Shown: in pieces, positions 9,114 to 18,553 of the stretch | Position numbering within the stretch: position 1 is the stretch's first letter | Layout: each line of letters begins with the position of its first letter | The notes under the pieces: model-generated | The model's database searches: none | What the model was told of the DNA's origin: nothing | Seen by the model: only the letters and a program-made list of their open reading frames with translations | Program-made: the position numbers and the translations under genes | From: a virus | DNA: 64,000 nt | Virus record (IMG/VR): IMGVR_UViG_3300006802_000073 | Location: 32,001 to 96,000 of that record | Reading direction: 5' to 3' (one strand)

Positions 9114-10168
9114 GCTATCCTCACTATTAGTGTATCGGCATTCATTCTACCGCGTACCGGTTGAGCTTTCGCTTTAATATTATCCATAAACTTTCTTAGT
9201 TGAACCTTGCCTGCATTGACAAGATCTTTTAGTTGTGTTTCTGGTTTACGTAGAGTTTTCTGTGAAGAAAGTTCTGGTTCATAGTTTTGAAGAGTACTAC
9301 CCTTTACTTGAATACCAGAAGCACTTTCAGTTTTATATACTGCAAGTTTCCTTGTCTTAGTATTGAATACCCAAACCTGCATAGCACCCACAATATCAGT
9401 AACAGTTATCGAATTAATTTTCAATTCCTCATCACTCTTTTTATATTTAAGATTTTTGACTTGAGTAGCAGCAGGCTTTGCCTTACGTTGACGAGGTTTT
9501 CTATTCGCCTTCTTAAAATCACAGTACGATTGAACAGAAGGAATAAATGTACCTAGCACTTTAATAAGATTAACTAATGTCTTTCTTTCAATAGTATATG
9601 CCTCATCCTTAGATTCATATACATGAACAAATTCAGTAATCTTTTCTTTTACCCATACTTCGATCTGAGTATTGCATTGCTTTGGTAATTGTTTTGCTTT
9701 AAGATCAGAAAGCAGATCGAAAGATTTAATCTTTCCCTTGTATAAGGCATCAATAATAACTTCTAGTTCACCCAGATATTCATTAATCTTGTTAACAGTT
9801 GCTTCTTGAATAGAAATACGAGGTGTAGATGTTGTTGCTTGCTTTGTAATAATTTTCTTCTGCAAAGATTTAATATAAACAAGAATCCGTTCTGTATCTT
9901 TAGCTGTTAGAACGCCTCCTCGAGTTGCGATACGTGCTAACCAACCAAAAGTAGGAGTGATCTCGGAATCAGAAATTTGTGCAAGATACGGTGCATCAAT
10001 ATTTGACTTAGACACATATTGATGCAGATATTTCTTAGCATCTTTACGATCTTTTTCCAAAGAATACCAATTCAGAGCTTTAGTCAATTCTATTTTATAG
10101 TTCTCCATAGAACTATTTATAGTTGTTGCCTCAGGCTCTGTACTGGCAGAAATCACTACTTTGGTCAT
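9110..10168 (-). CDS. Conserved T4-like hypothetical protein
   Basis: 352-aa ORF; C-terminal QVWVFNTKTRKL...KTLRKP...GRMN. Confidence 0.65.
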   Translation of the reverse strand: MTKVVISASTEPEATTINSSMENYKIELTKALNWYSLEKDRKDAKKYLHQYVSKSNIDAPYLAQISDSEITPTFGWLARIATRGGVLTAKDTERILVYIKSLQKKIITKQATTSTPRISIQEATVNKINEYLGELEVIIDALYKGKIKSFDLLSDLKAKQLPKQCNTQIEVWVKEKITEFVHVYESKDEAYTIERKTLVNLIKVLGTFIPSVQSYCDFKKANRKPRQRKAKPAATQVKNLKYKKSDEELKINSITVTDIVGAMQVWVFNTKTRKLAVYKTESASGIQVKGSTLQNYEPELSSQKTLRKPETQLKDLVNAGKVQLRKFMDNIKAKAQPVRGRMNADTLIVRIA

Positions 10169-10413
10169 ACAATCTCCACTTGTTGGATAGATTCTAGACG
10201 CACACTACGCCATTCTTGTTTATCAATATCAAACACAGGAACGACTTCATCATTGACCTTTCGCACACGAGAAGTTTTCTTCTCATATGCGATAACTTTA
10301 TCTTCCTGTAGAGTGCAATTCATAACTCGAATTGTATGATCTTTTTTCTCAAATGTCAAGCAAACTTGACCTGCTTTTAGTGCAGTCAATAATTCTTCTT
10401 TTGTAATAATCAT
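10165..10413 (-). CDS. WYL-like SH3 beta-barrel protein
   Basis: TFEKKDHTIRVMNCTL...VFDIDKQEWRSVR. Confidence 0.7.
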   Translation of the reverse strand: MIITKEELLTALKAGQVCLTFEKKDHTIRVMNCTLQEDKVIAYEKKTSRVRKVNDEVVPVFDIDKQEWRSVRLESIQQVEIV

Positions 10414-10640
10414 AGTTCTGATTCCATCTCAGTAATTTTCAATTCATTTGCTTCTGCTTCTGAATCGAGTAAGAAGGTAATTGCTTCTTCTTGTTCTCTG
10501 GACATAAACTCTTTTACTTCTTCAATCCATTCTAATGGAACAAAAAGTTTTTCTTGAATTTCTGTTGCACTATAACCATCATATAGCATATCTTCAATTG
10601 TAATTGCAATTTCAGACATTCGGGACATATGCTTCTCCAA
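10410..10640 (-). CDS. Acidic hypothetical protein
   Basis: Coupled ORF; Glu-rich. Confidence 0.5.
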   Translation of the reverse strand: MEKHMSRMSEIAITIEDMLYDGYSATEIQEKLFVPLEWIEEVKEFMSREQEEAITFLLDSEAEANELKITEMESEL

Positions 10641-10803
10641 TAATCTGTTTAAATTCTTTCACTGCTGTTTCACAAGAATCCATAATAGTTTTTATGCGAT
10701 TGAATGGTTGTGCTCGTTCTGTGATCTCATAGAAATAATGTCCCCGTTGCCACAAAACCGTATTACCTTTAGCCATAATGAAATGGGGAAAGTAACCCAT
10801 CAA
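10612..10803 (-). CDS. Small early protein (paralogue of 11376..11567)
   Basis: RBS and promoter upstream; shared FxPxFI...VLWQxG motif. Confidence 0.55.
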   Translation of the reverse strand: MMGYFPHFIMAKGNTVLWQRGHYFYEITERAQPFNRIKTIMDSCETAVKEFKQIIGEAYVPNV

Positions 10804-10833
10804 AAGCTCCTTGTTATCAACGATTCAGACTTA

Positions 10834-10861
10834 ATTATAGAGGAATCTAACTATCTGTCAA
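10834..10861 (-). promoter_or_regulatory. Sigma70-like early promoter
   Basis: TTGACA-16nt-TATAAT. Confidence 0.8.
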
Positions 10862-10880
10862 GCATTTTTACTAAGAAAAA

Positions 10881-11297
10881 CTACTTAGAAATCAATGAGT
10901 AAGGTTTGTTCCATTTACCGATGTTAACATCGATATACCAGCCTACATCAAAGTAGTCGGTTTGGATGTCGCTATTATCATGGTTTCCGTTATTCATGGC
11001 AGGAATAACTTCACTAAGGAACTTGAGTGCCTTGCCATCAAAATGACTTTTGTAATGGTACGGGTTCACATCAATACAACCATTAGTCACTGGTCGGAAC
11101 TGGTTGTATGAAGGGCGTAGTTCTTCTTCGCCTAGTCGGTTAAACGATTCAACGAAATCCACCTTGCCACTCTTAATGTTTAGGCACAGGGTTCTATGAT
11201 TGCGAACTGCAAGCGAAGCCTTAACTCCGTATTTCTTGCAGATTGCTTTAATCTGGGGAGCCAACTTTGCTTTAAGATCTTGACTAACGTATGCCAT
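10881..11297 (-). CDS. Conserved phage early protein
   Basis: MAYVSQ...NHDNSDIQTDYFDVGWY; own promoter and RBS. Confidence 0.7.
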   Translation of the reverse strand: MAYVSQDLKAKLAPQIKAICKKYGVKASLAVRNHRTLCLNIKSGKVDFVESFNRLGEEELRPSYNQFRPVTNGCIDVNPYHYKSHFDGKALKFLSEVIPAMNNGNHDNSDIQTDYFDVGWYIDVNIGKWNKPYSLISK

Positions 11298-11329
11298 TTC
11301 AAACTCCTTGTCATCAACAATATACCTAC

Positions 11330-11357
11330 ATTATACATGAATCTAACTATCTGTCAA
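11330..11357 (-). promoter_or_regulatory. Sigma70-like early promoter
   Basis: TTGACA-16nt-TATAAT. Confidence 0.8.
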
Positions 11358-11563
11358 GCATTTTCTTTGGGTTCGCTAACTCATTGATTTTACAGTATTA
11401 AATATCATAATAGCTTCTTCAAAGGTATGATGGATCAGAACATGAGTAACTATCTTGTTATTTTCGATACGAAAATAATCAGGTCCATATTGCCAAAGTA
11501 CAAGAAATCCGTCTCTTGTAATAAATCTAGGCATAAAAGAAACGGATTTTTTGTAGTCAACTG

Positions 11564-11977
11564 TCATAGATGAATATGTAGGCGTTTAATATGTGATGAA
11601 GAAACCTTGACAATGATCCATCCGTTGTACCAGAGATCGGGATATTCTAGAACTCCCTGTACAAATTGCTCTCTTGCCTCGAGATAATTTGCCTCACCTT
11701 TAGATTTACATAGATATAAAATTGTACGTCTAAAACTATTTTCACCTAACTTTGCTACATCTGTTTTAAGTTCATCTGATGATGACCAATATTTTTTCCA
11801 ATCAGATTGAACTATGATTTTTTTTCTTTTACCTTTTATTTGTTTATATTTTTTAGTCCAAAATAATTTTTTGCCGATATATTTTTTACCGGTAGGTATA
11901 CAGGTAATAAGATATACAAAACCTATATCATCTGAGTTAGGAGTTGTAAAAACTTGTCCATTATATAGCCAATCCAT
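11564..11977 (-). CDS. GIY-YIG-like conserved T4-like protein
   Basis: GFVYLIT...KYIGKK...SDWKKYWSS...YLEAREQF. Confidence 0.65.
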   Translation of the reverse strand: MDWLYNGQVFTTPNSDDIGFVYLITCIPTGKKYIGKKLFWTKKYKQIKGKRKKIIVQSDWKKYWSSSDELKTDVAKLGENSFRRTILYLCKSKGEANYLEAREQFVQGVLEYPDLWYNGWIIVKVSSSHIKRLHIHL

Positions 11978-11998
11978 AAATAACCTCTTTTGGTTTAT

Positions 11999-12157
11999 TT
12001 ATGAATCATCTTCCTCATTATAATCGAATTCTTGTTCATCTGTTAATTCAGAGCCACAAAAAGCACAATACAGTACTTTATAATAATGATCATCTAGATC
12101 ATGTCTTATTTTAAATACTGCTTCACAATCGAAACATTCGTAACCTTTATTTGCCAA
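11999..12157 (-). CDS. Small zinc-ribbon protein (not in ORF track)
   Basis: TTG start after GGAG; CFDC...CAFCG with acidic tail. Confidence 0.55.
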   Translation of the reverse strand: MANKGYECFDCEAVFKIRHDLDDHYYKVLYCAFCGSELTDEQEFDYNEEDDS

Positions 12158-12166
12158 TATTAACTC

Positions 12167-12361
12167 CTATTTGCAACAATTTCTTTTTTCTTTTATAGAG
12201 GATATTTCTATCCATTTGTTAATTGGACAGCGAACACTTTTCATTAAAACTTTGCCAGGCATAAAGCAACCACATTCTTTGCAAATTTTAAGCATAGGAT
12301 TGAATCTGTCGCATTCCTTGCATATCTCCATACGAATTTGATTATAGGTCATTCCTATCAT
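12167..12361 (-). CDS. Small Cys-rich protein
   Basis: CKEC..CKECGCFM...CP..KW. Confidence 0.6.
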   Translation of the reverse strand: MIGMTYNQIRMEICKECDRFNPMLKICKECGCFMPGKVLMKSVRCPINKWIEISSIKEKRNCCK

Positions 12362-12362
12362 T

Positions 12363-12911
12363 TTATTTAGCTAGAGGATTGTTCAATGCTTCTTGTATTT
12401 TTTTAGCAACATTAGCATTAGATTCTTTAATTGCATTATCTAGTTCTTTGCGAGTTGCTCGAAGTTCTGTTTGAACCTCTTTGACGCTTATATCTGTCTC
12501 TCGTTGGCTTTGTTTAGAGCTACGTTCAACGGAATCGACTACTCCTTCAAGCCTTCGGATATCACTTTTTAAATCATTTTTAATATTGTTTGTGTATCCG
12601 GTTGCTTGATTTACAGTTTCTTTAGTTGCATCCATTTCTTTATTTAACACTTCAAGTTTTTTATTAATTTCTCCAAGATCTGGGGCAACATATTCTGTAA
12701 TAGCTTTTTTCATACCTTGATAATCTTTATATACTTCAAACGCACCATATAAACCACCAAGAACAGTTGAAACAAGAGTACCTGCAATCATGATTTTTGC
12801 AGGTGTAAAAGAATATCCTCCGATAGAAATCACAGTATTTTCGCTCATGTATTTTTCTTTAGCTGCTTCCAGCTCTTCTATTTTTGCATCAACGTCCTTA
12901 CCTTTTTCCAT
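12363..12911 (-). CDS. Membrane-anchored coiled-coil protein
   Basis: Single TM segment, long coiled coil, ends ALNNPLA. Confidence 0.7.
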   Translation of the reverse strand: MEKGKDVDAKIEELEAAKEKYMSENTVISIGGYSFTPAKIMIAGTLVSTVLGGLYGAFEVYKDYQGMKKAITEYVAPDLGEINKKLEVLNKEMDATKETVNQATGYTNNIKNDLKSDIRRLEGVVDSVERSSKQSQRETDISVKEVQTELRATRKELDNAIKESNANVAKKIQEALNNPLAK

Positions 12912-12913
12912 CT

Positions 12914-13324
12914 TTATTTACCTTTGTTTTCAAACTGCATTCTTCTTAAATTTTCTAATTCTTGATTAAGTCTCATCACCTCTATTCGTCGTTTCGTTAA
13001 TTCTAATTGATAAAATAAATTACAATCGAGACGAGTTTTTGGTGCTCCAATTGGTATTATTATTCTACCATAAACACCAACCTGTTTACCTGTATTTGCA
13101 TTTACGTTTGATCCAATAACGGTTGTATTGTTATTATTATTTGCAATACCTAAAACACCAAATTCTATATTGGTACCTGAACCAATTGCCATAGAACATT
13201 CCATATTATCTGCTCTAATATGGTCATTTTGATATTGCCCAGGTGACATAGGTATAGACAAATTTAAAGAATCGACCGCATATGCATTAGCAGATAACAT
13301 AAGAATAACGAAAATTCTTTTCAT
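12914..13324 (-). CDS. Exported protein (signal peptide)
   Basis: MKRIFVILMLSANAYA signal peptide; two Cys; C-terminal coiled coil. Confidence 0.7.
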   Translation of the reverse strand: MKRIFVILMLSANAYAVDSLNLSIPMSPGQYQNDHIRADNMECSMAIGSGTNIEFGVLGIANNNNNTTVIGSNVNANTGKQVGVYGRIIIPIGAPKTRLDCNLFYQLELTKRRIEVMRLNQELENLRRMQFENKGK

Positions 13325-13327
13325 ATT

Positions 13328-13705
13328 TCATCTTTTCCTTGAGCATATTTTAGATGCTATTACAGTCACAGTATTTTCAGTTACCATTATTTTTGATTCA
13401 CTACATATATAAGTAACTTTATCAACATTAGATGAATTCACAAATATCTCAATAGTTTTTCGTCTCAAGTATGGAATATAAATAATTCCACTTGGACTAG
13501 ACATAAAAAGTATCTTATTCCAATTTTTATCGTAAACTGTTATTTCATAATAATTAACATCTTTACGCATATTCAACAATTCCATTTTTGTACTGGATAT
13601 ACCAGATACAAAAGAAAAACTAAATCTAGGATATGTTGGTGTAAATTGATGAGCATGCGCCCACCCACTTAACATAATAAAGAATATCACGACATAACGA
13701 AACAT
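13328..13705 (-). CDS. Exported beta-rich protein, possibly pilus-chaperone-like
   Basis: Signal peptide ending AHA; HQFTPTYP N-terminus; C-terminal Cys pair. Confidence 0.5.
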   Translation of the reverse strand: MFRYVVIFFIMLSGWAHAHQFTPTYPRFSFSFVSGISSTKMELLNMRKDVNYYEITVYDKNWNKILFMSSPSGIIYIPYLRRKTIEIFVNSSNVDKVTYICSESKIMVTENTVTVIASKICSRKR

Positions 13706-13710
13706 TTATA

Positions 13711-14214
13711 TCACAATGCTATACATTCAGCCACAACAACAGCACGATAAGTACCACCTGGGAGTGCTTTTCCTACACCATATGTTGCAGTTGAAGATGA
13801 TTTAAACCATGTTGAACCTGCAAAGGTTAAATCAAATTCAGTTGTATTATTATAAACACGTTTATTGGTATCATATGCAGACATACCAGCTACAGAAACA
13901 CGGCTAACACTCGTATCTCCTACCCAATCAACAGTATCACTTAAAGTTGGAGAAGTAGAAAACGATATTGGAGTGCTGATAACTGCTTTATATGCATTTG
14001 CTGCAAATACATCATACCGAATAACAGGCATAACACCACCATCTGCAGGAGCTGTACTTAATTTATCAATAGTTGGGTTACCATAAATACCCGTTGTATC
14101 TGTTGTTATAATACATTTACTTGCTACAGTTCCAATAATTGGAACCTCAGAAGCAGTAGCAGTAATTGTAAGAGCAATCATTAATCCTACAAAACCTAAA
14201 ATCTTTTTATGCAT
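13711..14214 (-). CDS. Exported pilin/fimbrial-subunit-like protein
   Basis: Signal peptide; IIGTVASKCII N-terminal strand; LPGGTYRAVVVAEC C-terminal strand; Thr/Ser/Gly-rich. Confidence 0.55.
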   Translation of the reverse strand: MHKKILGFVGLMIALTITATASEVPIIGTVASKCIITTDTTGIYGNPTIDKLSTAPADGGVMPVIRYDVFAANAYKAVISTPISFSTSPTLSDTVDWVGDTSVSRVSVAGMSAYDTNKRVYNNTTEFDLTFAGSTWFKSSSTATYGVGKALPGGTYRAVVVAECIAL

Positions 14215-14229
14215 AAAATTCTCCGAGAA

Positions 14230-15108
14230 TTAGTTGTTATTAAAACGTTTATACTGCTCTTCTACCATTTTTTTATGTAAATTTTGTTGTGTTAAGTTTC
14301 CTCTTAACGCTTTAACATTATCTGGAAGTTTTGCATCTTGAAGTCTAACTGCATCTTTGTATGTGCCACCAGGCATACTGACACTATAACTTTCAAATCC
14401 TTTAATATTATTCATAGCAAAAAAGGCATCTGCTTGAGCTACAGCATTTGCCGTTAATAAAGTATTTTGTATTGCTTTATTAGCAATTTGTTCAATTTTC
14501 TTCTTCTTTTCTTCTGCAGCCTTTTTCAATTCTTTTTGTTTCTTTTCTTCTTCAGTTTCTAATTTTGTTTTATTTGCCATTACTTCTTTAATATATTCTT
14601 CTGTAGCAGTATCTGTTGCTATTGAAGGAGTGTCAATTGTTGGTGGAATATAATTTGGACAAGATCTATCTATTACTGGAGTAGCTGCACATGTATCAAT
14701 CTTATAATTATATATAATAACTGGATTTTTTACAGTTCCAAAACCAGTTGTGGCAATTTCACCATCACCCCATGCTTTAAAAGGAATATTGTCAACTGGA
14801 ACAGATTTAGCAATAGTATTTCCAGGAAGACCTGACCAATCATCGGTGCTTCTAAAAACAAACCCCGTCCCTGATGCATTCTTATTTTGTATTGAAACAG
14901 TAAATGCATCCGCTGGATTTTTTGTTACATTATAAGTATATATAATACCGGTTACAGAAAGACCTGTATTTTGCGGTATAACATTCGTCATAGTCCATTG
15001 CTGACCGGTTGCAGCAGCATTTGAACTTTGATTATATGTTGTCTCAGAGTAAGAATAAAAGGAACAAAATGCTAATAAGACCCCCACCCATCCAAGTTTT
15101 TTGTTCAT
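14230..15108 (-). CDS. Exported protein: beta domain plus coiled coil
   Basis: Signal peptide ending SYS; Cys pair; K/E-rich coiled coil. Confidence 0.65.
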   Translation of the reverse strand: MNKKLGWVGVLLAFCSFYSYSETTYNQSSNAAATGQQWTMTNVIPQNTGLSVTGIIYTYNVTKNPADAFTVSIQNKNASGTGFVFRSTDDWSGLPGNTIAKSVPVDNIPFKAWGDGEIATTGFGTVKNPVIIYNYKIDTCAATPVIDRSCPNYIPPTIDTPSIATDTATEEYIKEVMANKTKLETEEEKKQKELKKAAEEKKKKIEQIANKAIQNTLLTANAVAQADAFFAMNNIKGFESYSVSMPGGTYKDAVRLQDAKLPDNVKALRGNLTQQNLHKKMVEEQYKRFNNN

Positions 15109-15589
15109 CGCTCATCCCTTCTAATTTTTTAGTTTCTTGTTTAGGTATTCTTTCTGGATTAGATTGCCATGCAGCTTTTGCTTCAGAACCTATCATACCA
15201 TCATAAGGACAGGGTGTTCCTGCCATAATCATAGCATCAAAAACACGATGATCTTGACAAAGTGTTGACACTGCAGCAACTTTCATTCCCATATCATATA
15301 ATGTTTTTGATAATTTTAATCTTTCACAATTCAAATCTCGAATTGTCATACCACCAGAAAGTCCTAATATTTGAGTTTGAACAGCTCCAGCAACTCCTGT
15401 TGTGCATAAGTCCGAATTAGTATTATTAATTGTTGGACTAATTGCAGATGGAGGAGGAGATTTTAAAGTTGTTACAGAATCAGATTTTACGGTGCTTGTT
15501 GAAGTCGATTCAGTTATAATTGGTTGTGCATAAACAGAGAATGATAAAAAAATAATAAAAAACACCAAAAATGGTAGCTTTTTTTGCAT
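15044..15589 (-). CDS. Exported Cys-containing protein with C-terminal hydrophobic anchor
   Basis: Start moved to MQKKLPFLVFF (GAAGGA RBS); SAISP...DLNCERLKL...GTPCP; hydrophobic C-terminus. Confidence 0.65.
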   Translation of the reverse strand: MQKKLPFLVFFIIFLSFSVYAQPIITESTSTSTVKSDSVTTLKSPPPSAISPTINNTNSDLCTTGVAGAVQTQILGLSGGMTIRDLNCERLKLSKTLYDMGMKVAAVSTLCQDHRVFDAMIMAGTPCPYDGMIGSEAKAAWQSNPERIPKQETKKLEGMSDEQKTWMGGGLISILFLLFLL

Positions 15590-15611
15590 TTTTCCTTCTA
15601 ACATTCTATTA

Positions 15612-16592
15612 TTAAGCCCAAACTTCATCCCAAGATCCTGAAAGCGCACCTTTTGCATAATCGGTTGCACGATTTTCAAAGAAATTTGTATGAATAGGCG
15701 CATTGATAATTTCCTCAACCCACGGTAGAGGATTCTTTTTTACTTTAAAAATACCTTTCATTCCAAGAGAAATTAATCTACGATCAGCGATATAACGGAT
15801 ATAGGTTTTAACATCATCTGAAATTAAATTCTGCATATTATCTATACCAAAAGCCAAATCAATAAATTTATCTTCTAGATCCACCATCTTTGTAGCTATA
15901 GTATATATCTTTCCTTTTAATTCATCATTCCATAATTCACGATTTTCTTCAATATAAGTTCTAAATAATTTTATCATAGATTCAGCATGCATAGTTTCAT
16001 CTACAATACTCCAGCTTATAATTTGACCCATACCTTTCATTTTACCATGTCTAGGAAAATTAAGCAACATAATAAAAGAAGAAAATAATTGCATACCTTC
16101 AGTAAAGGCAGAAAAAGCTGCAATATTTGTTGCAACCGAATCCTTAGTACCATTGTTATTAGAAAGATTCGTAAAATATTCATGCTTATCCTTCATTGCC
16201 GCATATTCTAAAAATTCATTATACATAGAATCTGGCATACCTAAAGTTTCAATAAGATGACTATATGCTGCAATATGTACTGCCTCTCTTGCAGCAAATC
16301 CAGATAACATCATACGTATTTCAGGTTGAGGAAAATATGGCAGATAGTTCTTAATATAACCACCAGCTACATCAATATCTCCTTGAGTAAAAAATCTAAA
16401 TATATGAGTAAGAAATAATTTTTCAGAATCAGATAATTTATTTTTCCAATCTTTAACATCTTCAATCATCGGTACTTCACCAAATAACCAATGTGCTTGC
16501 TCATGTGCTAACCAAGAAGAATATGCCCATTCATAACTAAAAGGTCTAAAATAGTCTCTTTCATCTGTTAATTTTAATTTCTTTTTAACCAT
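15612..16592 (-). CDS. nrdB: Ribonucleotide reductase class Ia beta subunit
   Basis: EAVH, TEG, DETMH iron ligands; NFFENRATDY. Confidence 0.95.
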   Translation of the reverse strand: MVKKKLKLTDERDYFRPFSYEWAYSSWLAHEQAHWLFGEVPMIEDVKDWKNKLSDSEKLFLTHIFRFFTQGDIDVAGGYIKNYLPYFPQPEIRMMLSGFAAREAVHIAAYSHLIETLGMPDSMYNEFLEYAAMKDKHEYFTNLSNNNGTKDSVATNIAAFSAFTEGMQLFSSFIMLLNFPRHGKMKGMGQIISWSIVDETMHAESMIKLFRTYIEENRELWNDELKGKIYTIATKMVDLEDKFIDLAFGIDNMQNLISDDVKTYIRYIADRRLISLGMKGIFKVKKNPLPWVEEIINAPIHTNFFENRATDYAKGALSGSWDEVWA

Positions 16593-16935
16593 TTTTCTCT
16601 CTCACATGCTCCGCTACTTTTTTAAGTGTATTAAACACTTCTTTATATTCTTCCTCTGTTAAACCGTCCTTTTCACATGATGCAATAAATTCTGCTAACA
16701 TGTTTTCTTGATCATCTTCTGTAATGAGAAGTTTTTTCTCCATTATCTAATTCCTTTTAGTGTTTTATTATTTCTTCTTCTATAATATGTATTATAGTAT
16801 CAGTTAGAATAATTTCATGGCGAACTAAATCCATTTTTTGTTGTAGTATACTCATCTGTTCCTTATAATATTCTAATTCTCGTTCTTGTTGCTTTTTTGT
16901 TTCATAAACTTCTTTAAGAAAAATTATTGTACCCA

Positions 16936-17559
16936 TTACTTTACATAATACCCCAGTCTTTTATTTGTAATCTCCCCATTACCATCTTCTTCACCCTCTA
17001 TCCACGTACAATCATCCGGTACCAAAACATTTGTTGTATTCTCAAAAACAGGATAAAGTTCAGTATAGTCAAGCATATGATCAAATCCCCCTCGCAAATG
17101 TACTTCAATAACTTTATCACCTATAATCTCAATATTTAATCTCTCTACATCTAAATTGAATAAAACTGTAGGTAAAGCAAATTGTTTATCTATTCTTTCC
17201 CATTTCAAAAAATAAGATAAGTCATTACAATTATTATAACCTTGAAAACATACTAACTGTTCTAATATTTCACCACGTTTTACATAATCTACAGAATAGT
17301 GTCCTCCTGTAAATACTTCACACCAAAAATGACCTGCAGGTAAATGTGGTATATCGTCTTTGTTATAATAACATATTTTTGCACCAGCACCCATACCCTT
17401 AAGATTATAAGTTGGTCTAGTTATATAATAACCATCTTCAGGTATAGGAACAGATGCTGGTCCACATTTATAACCAAAAAAATCTGCTACAAATAATTTA
17501 TTAAACCAATTTCTATACTGTGGATATTTAAACCATGATTCTACATCTTCATCTATCAT
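16936..17559 (-). CDS. Hypothetical protein, possible ATP-grasp-like fold
   Basis: RPTYNLKGMGAGA, FWCEVFTGGHYSVD, NIEII..KVIEVHLR; ATGA overlap with pit. Confidence 0.5.
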   Translation of the reverse strand: MIDEDVESWFKYPQYRNWFNKLFVADFFGYKCGPASVPIPEDGYYITRPTYNLKGMGAGAKICYYNKDDIPHLPAGHFWCEVFTGGHYSVDYVKRGEILEQLVCFQGYNNCNDLSYFLKWERIDKQFALPTVLFNLDVERLNIEIIGDKVIEVHLRGGFDHMLDYTELYPVFENTTNVLVPDDCTWIEGEEDGNGEITNKRLGYYVK

Positions 17560-18548
17560 ATATGTGTACTTAAAATCCAAAAAGCATAAGCTAATAAAGC
17601 AGAACAAGGAATAGTCAATAACCATGCAATTAAAATTTCACCTGCTTTTTTCCATTTTACTTTAGGATCTGGTTGACTTGCACCTACACCTAAAATAGCA
17701 CCCGTAATAGTATGAGTTGTACTTACAGGTATACCCATTGCACTCGCACCAAATAACATCATACTTCCACCTGTTTCTGCTGCACAACCTTGTCGTGAGC
17801 TTAATTGTGTTAACTTAAATCCTAAAGTTTGCACAATTCTCCATCCCCCCGCAAGAGTTCCTAATCCCATTACAATAAAACAAATTAATACTGCCCAATA
17901 AGGAATTGTTTCTGTTGCTTGTAAATAACCACCTGCAACCATAATAAGAAAAATTATACCCGCTGTTTTTTGTGCATCATTTGCTCCATGACCCATCGAA
18001 TAGCATGCACTTGAAACTATTTGTAAACGTTTAAACCATTTATTTTGTCGATCCGTTTCAATTGGAAATATATTTCTTATAATTGTATTTAATGATGCTC
18101 CTAATACAAATCCAATAATTGGTGCTGCAACAATAAAAGAAACAATTTTTATAATATTGTTTGTATATATTACATCAATTCCTCCACTTGCAATACTTGC
18201 ACCAATCAATCCACCTATTAACGCATGGCTACTAGATGTTGGAAGTCCTAGCCACCATGTAATAAGATTCCATGTAATAGCACCCATAAGACAACCAAAT
18301 ACTACATATAATGTAACTGCTTGTGGAATTACTATACCTTTTCCTATTGTTGCAGCAACTTTAAAAGTAATAAAAAACATAATTATAAAGTTACAAAATG
18401 CTGCCATTGCAACTGCCTGTATAGGAGTCAATGTCTTAGTAGCAACAATTGTTGCTATAGAATTTGCAGCATCATGAAAACCATTTGTAAAATCAAAAAT
18501 CAATGCGATAATAATAAGACTTATTACAACCAATAATGTAGATTCCAT
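17556..18548 (-). CDS. pit: Inorganic phosphate transporter (PiT family)
   Basis: NGFHDAAN, GLPTSSSH, HGANDAQK, PVSTTH; multiple TM segments. Confidence 0.95.
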   Translation of the reverse strand: MESTLLVVISLIIIALIFDFTNGFHDAANSIATIVATKTLTPIQAVAMAAFCNFIIMFFITFKVAATIGKGIVIPQAVTLYVVFGCLMGAITWNLITWWLGLPTSSSHALIGGLIGASIASGGIDVIYTNNIIKIVSFIVAAPIIGFVLGASLNTIIRNIFPIETDRQNKWFKRLQIVSSACYSMGHGANDAQKTAGIIFLIMVAGGYLQATETIPYWAVLICFIVMGLGTLAGGWRIVQTLGFKLTQLSSRQGCAAETGGSMMLFGASAMGIPVSTTHTITGAILGVGASQPDPKVKWKKAGEILIAWLLTIPCSALLAYAFWILSTHI

Positions 18549-18553
18549 TTAAT

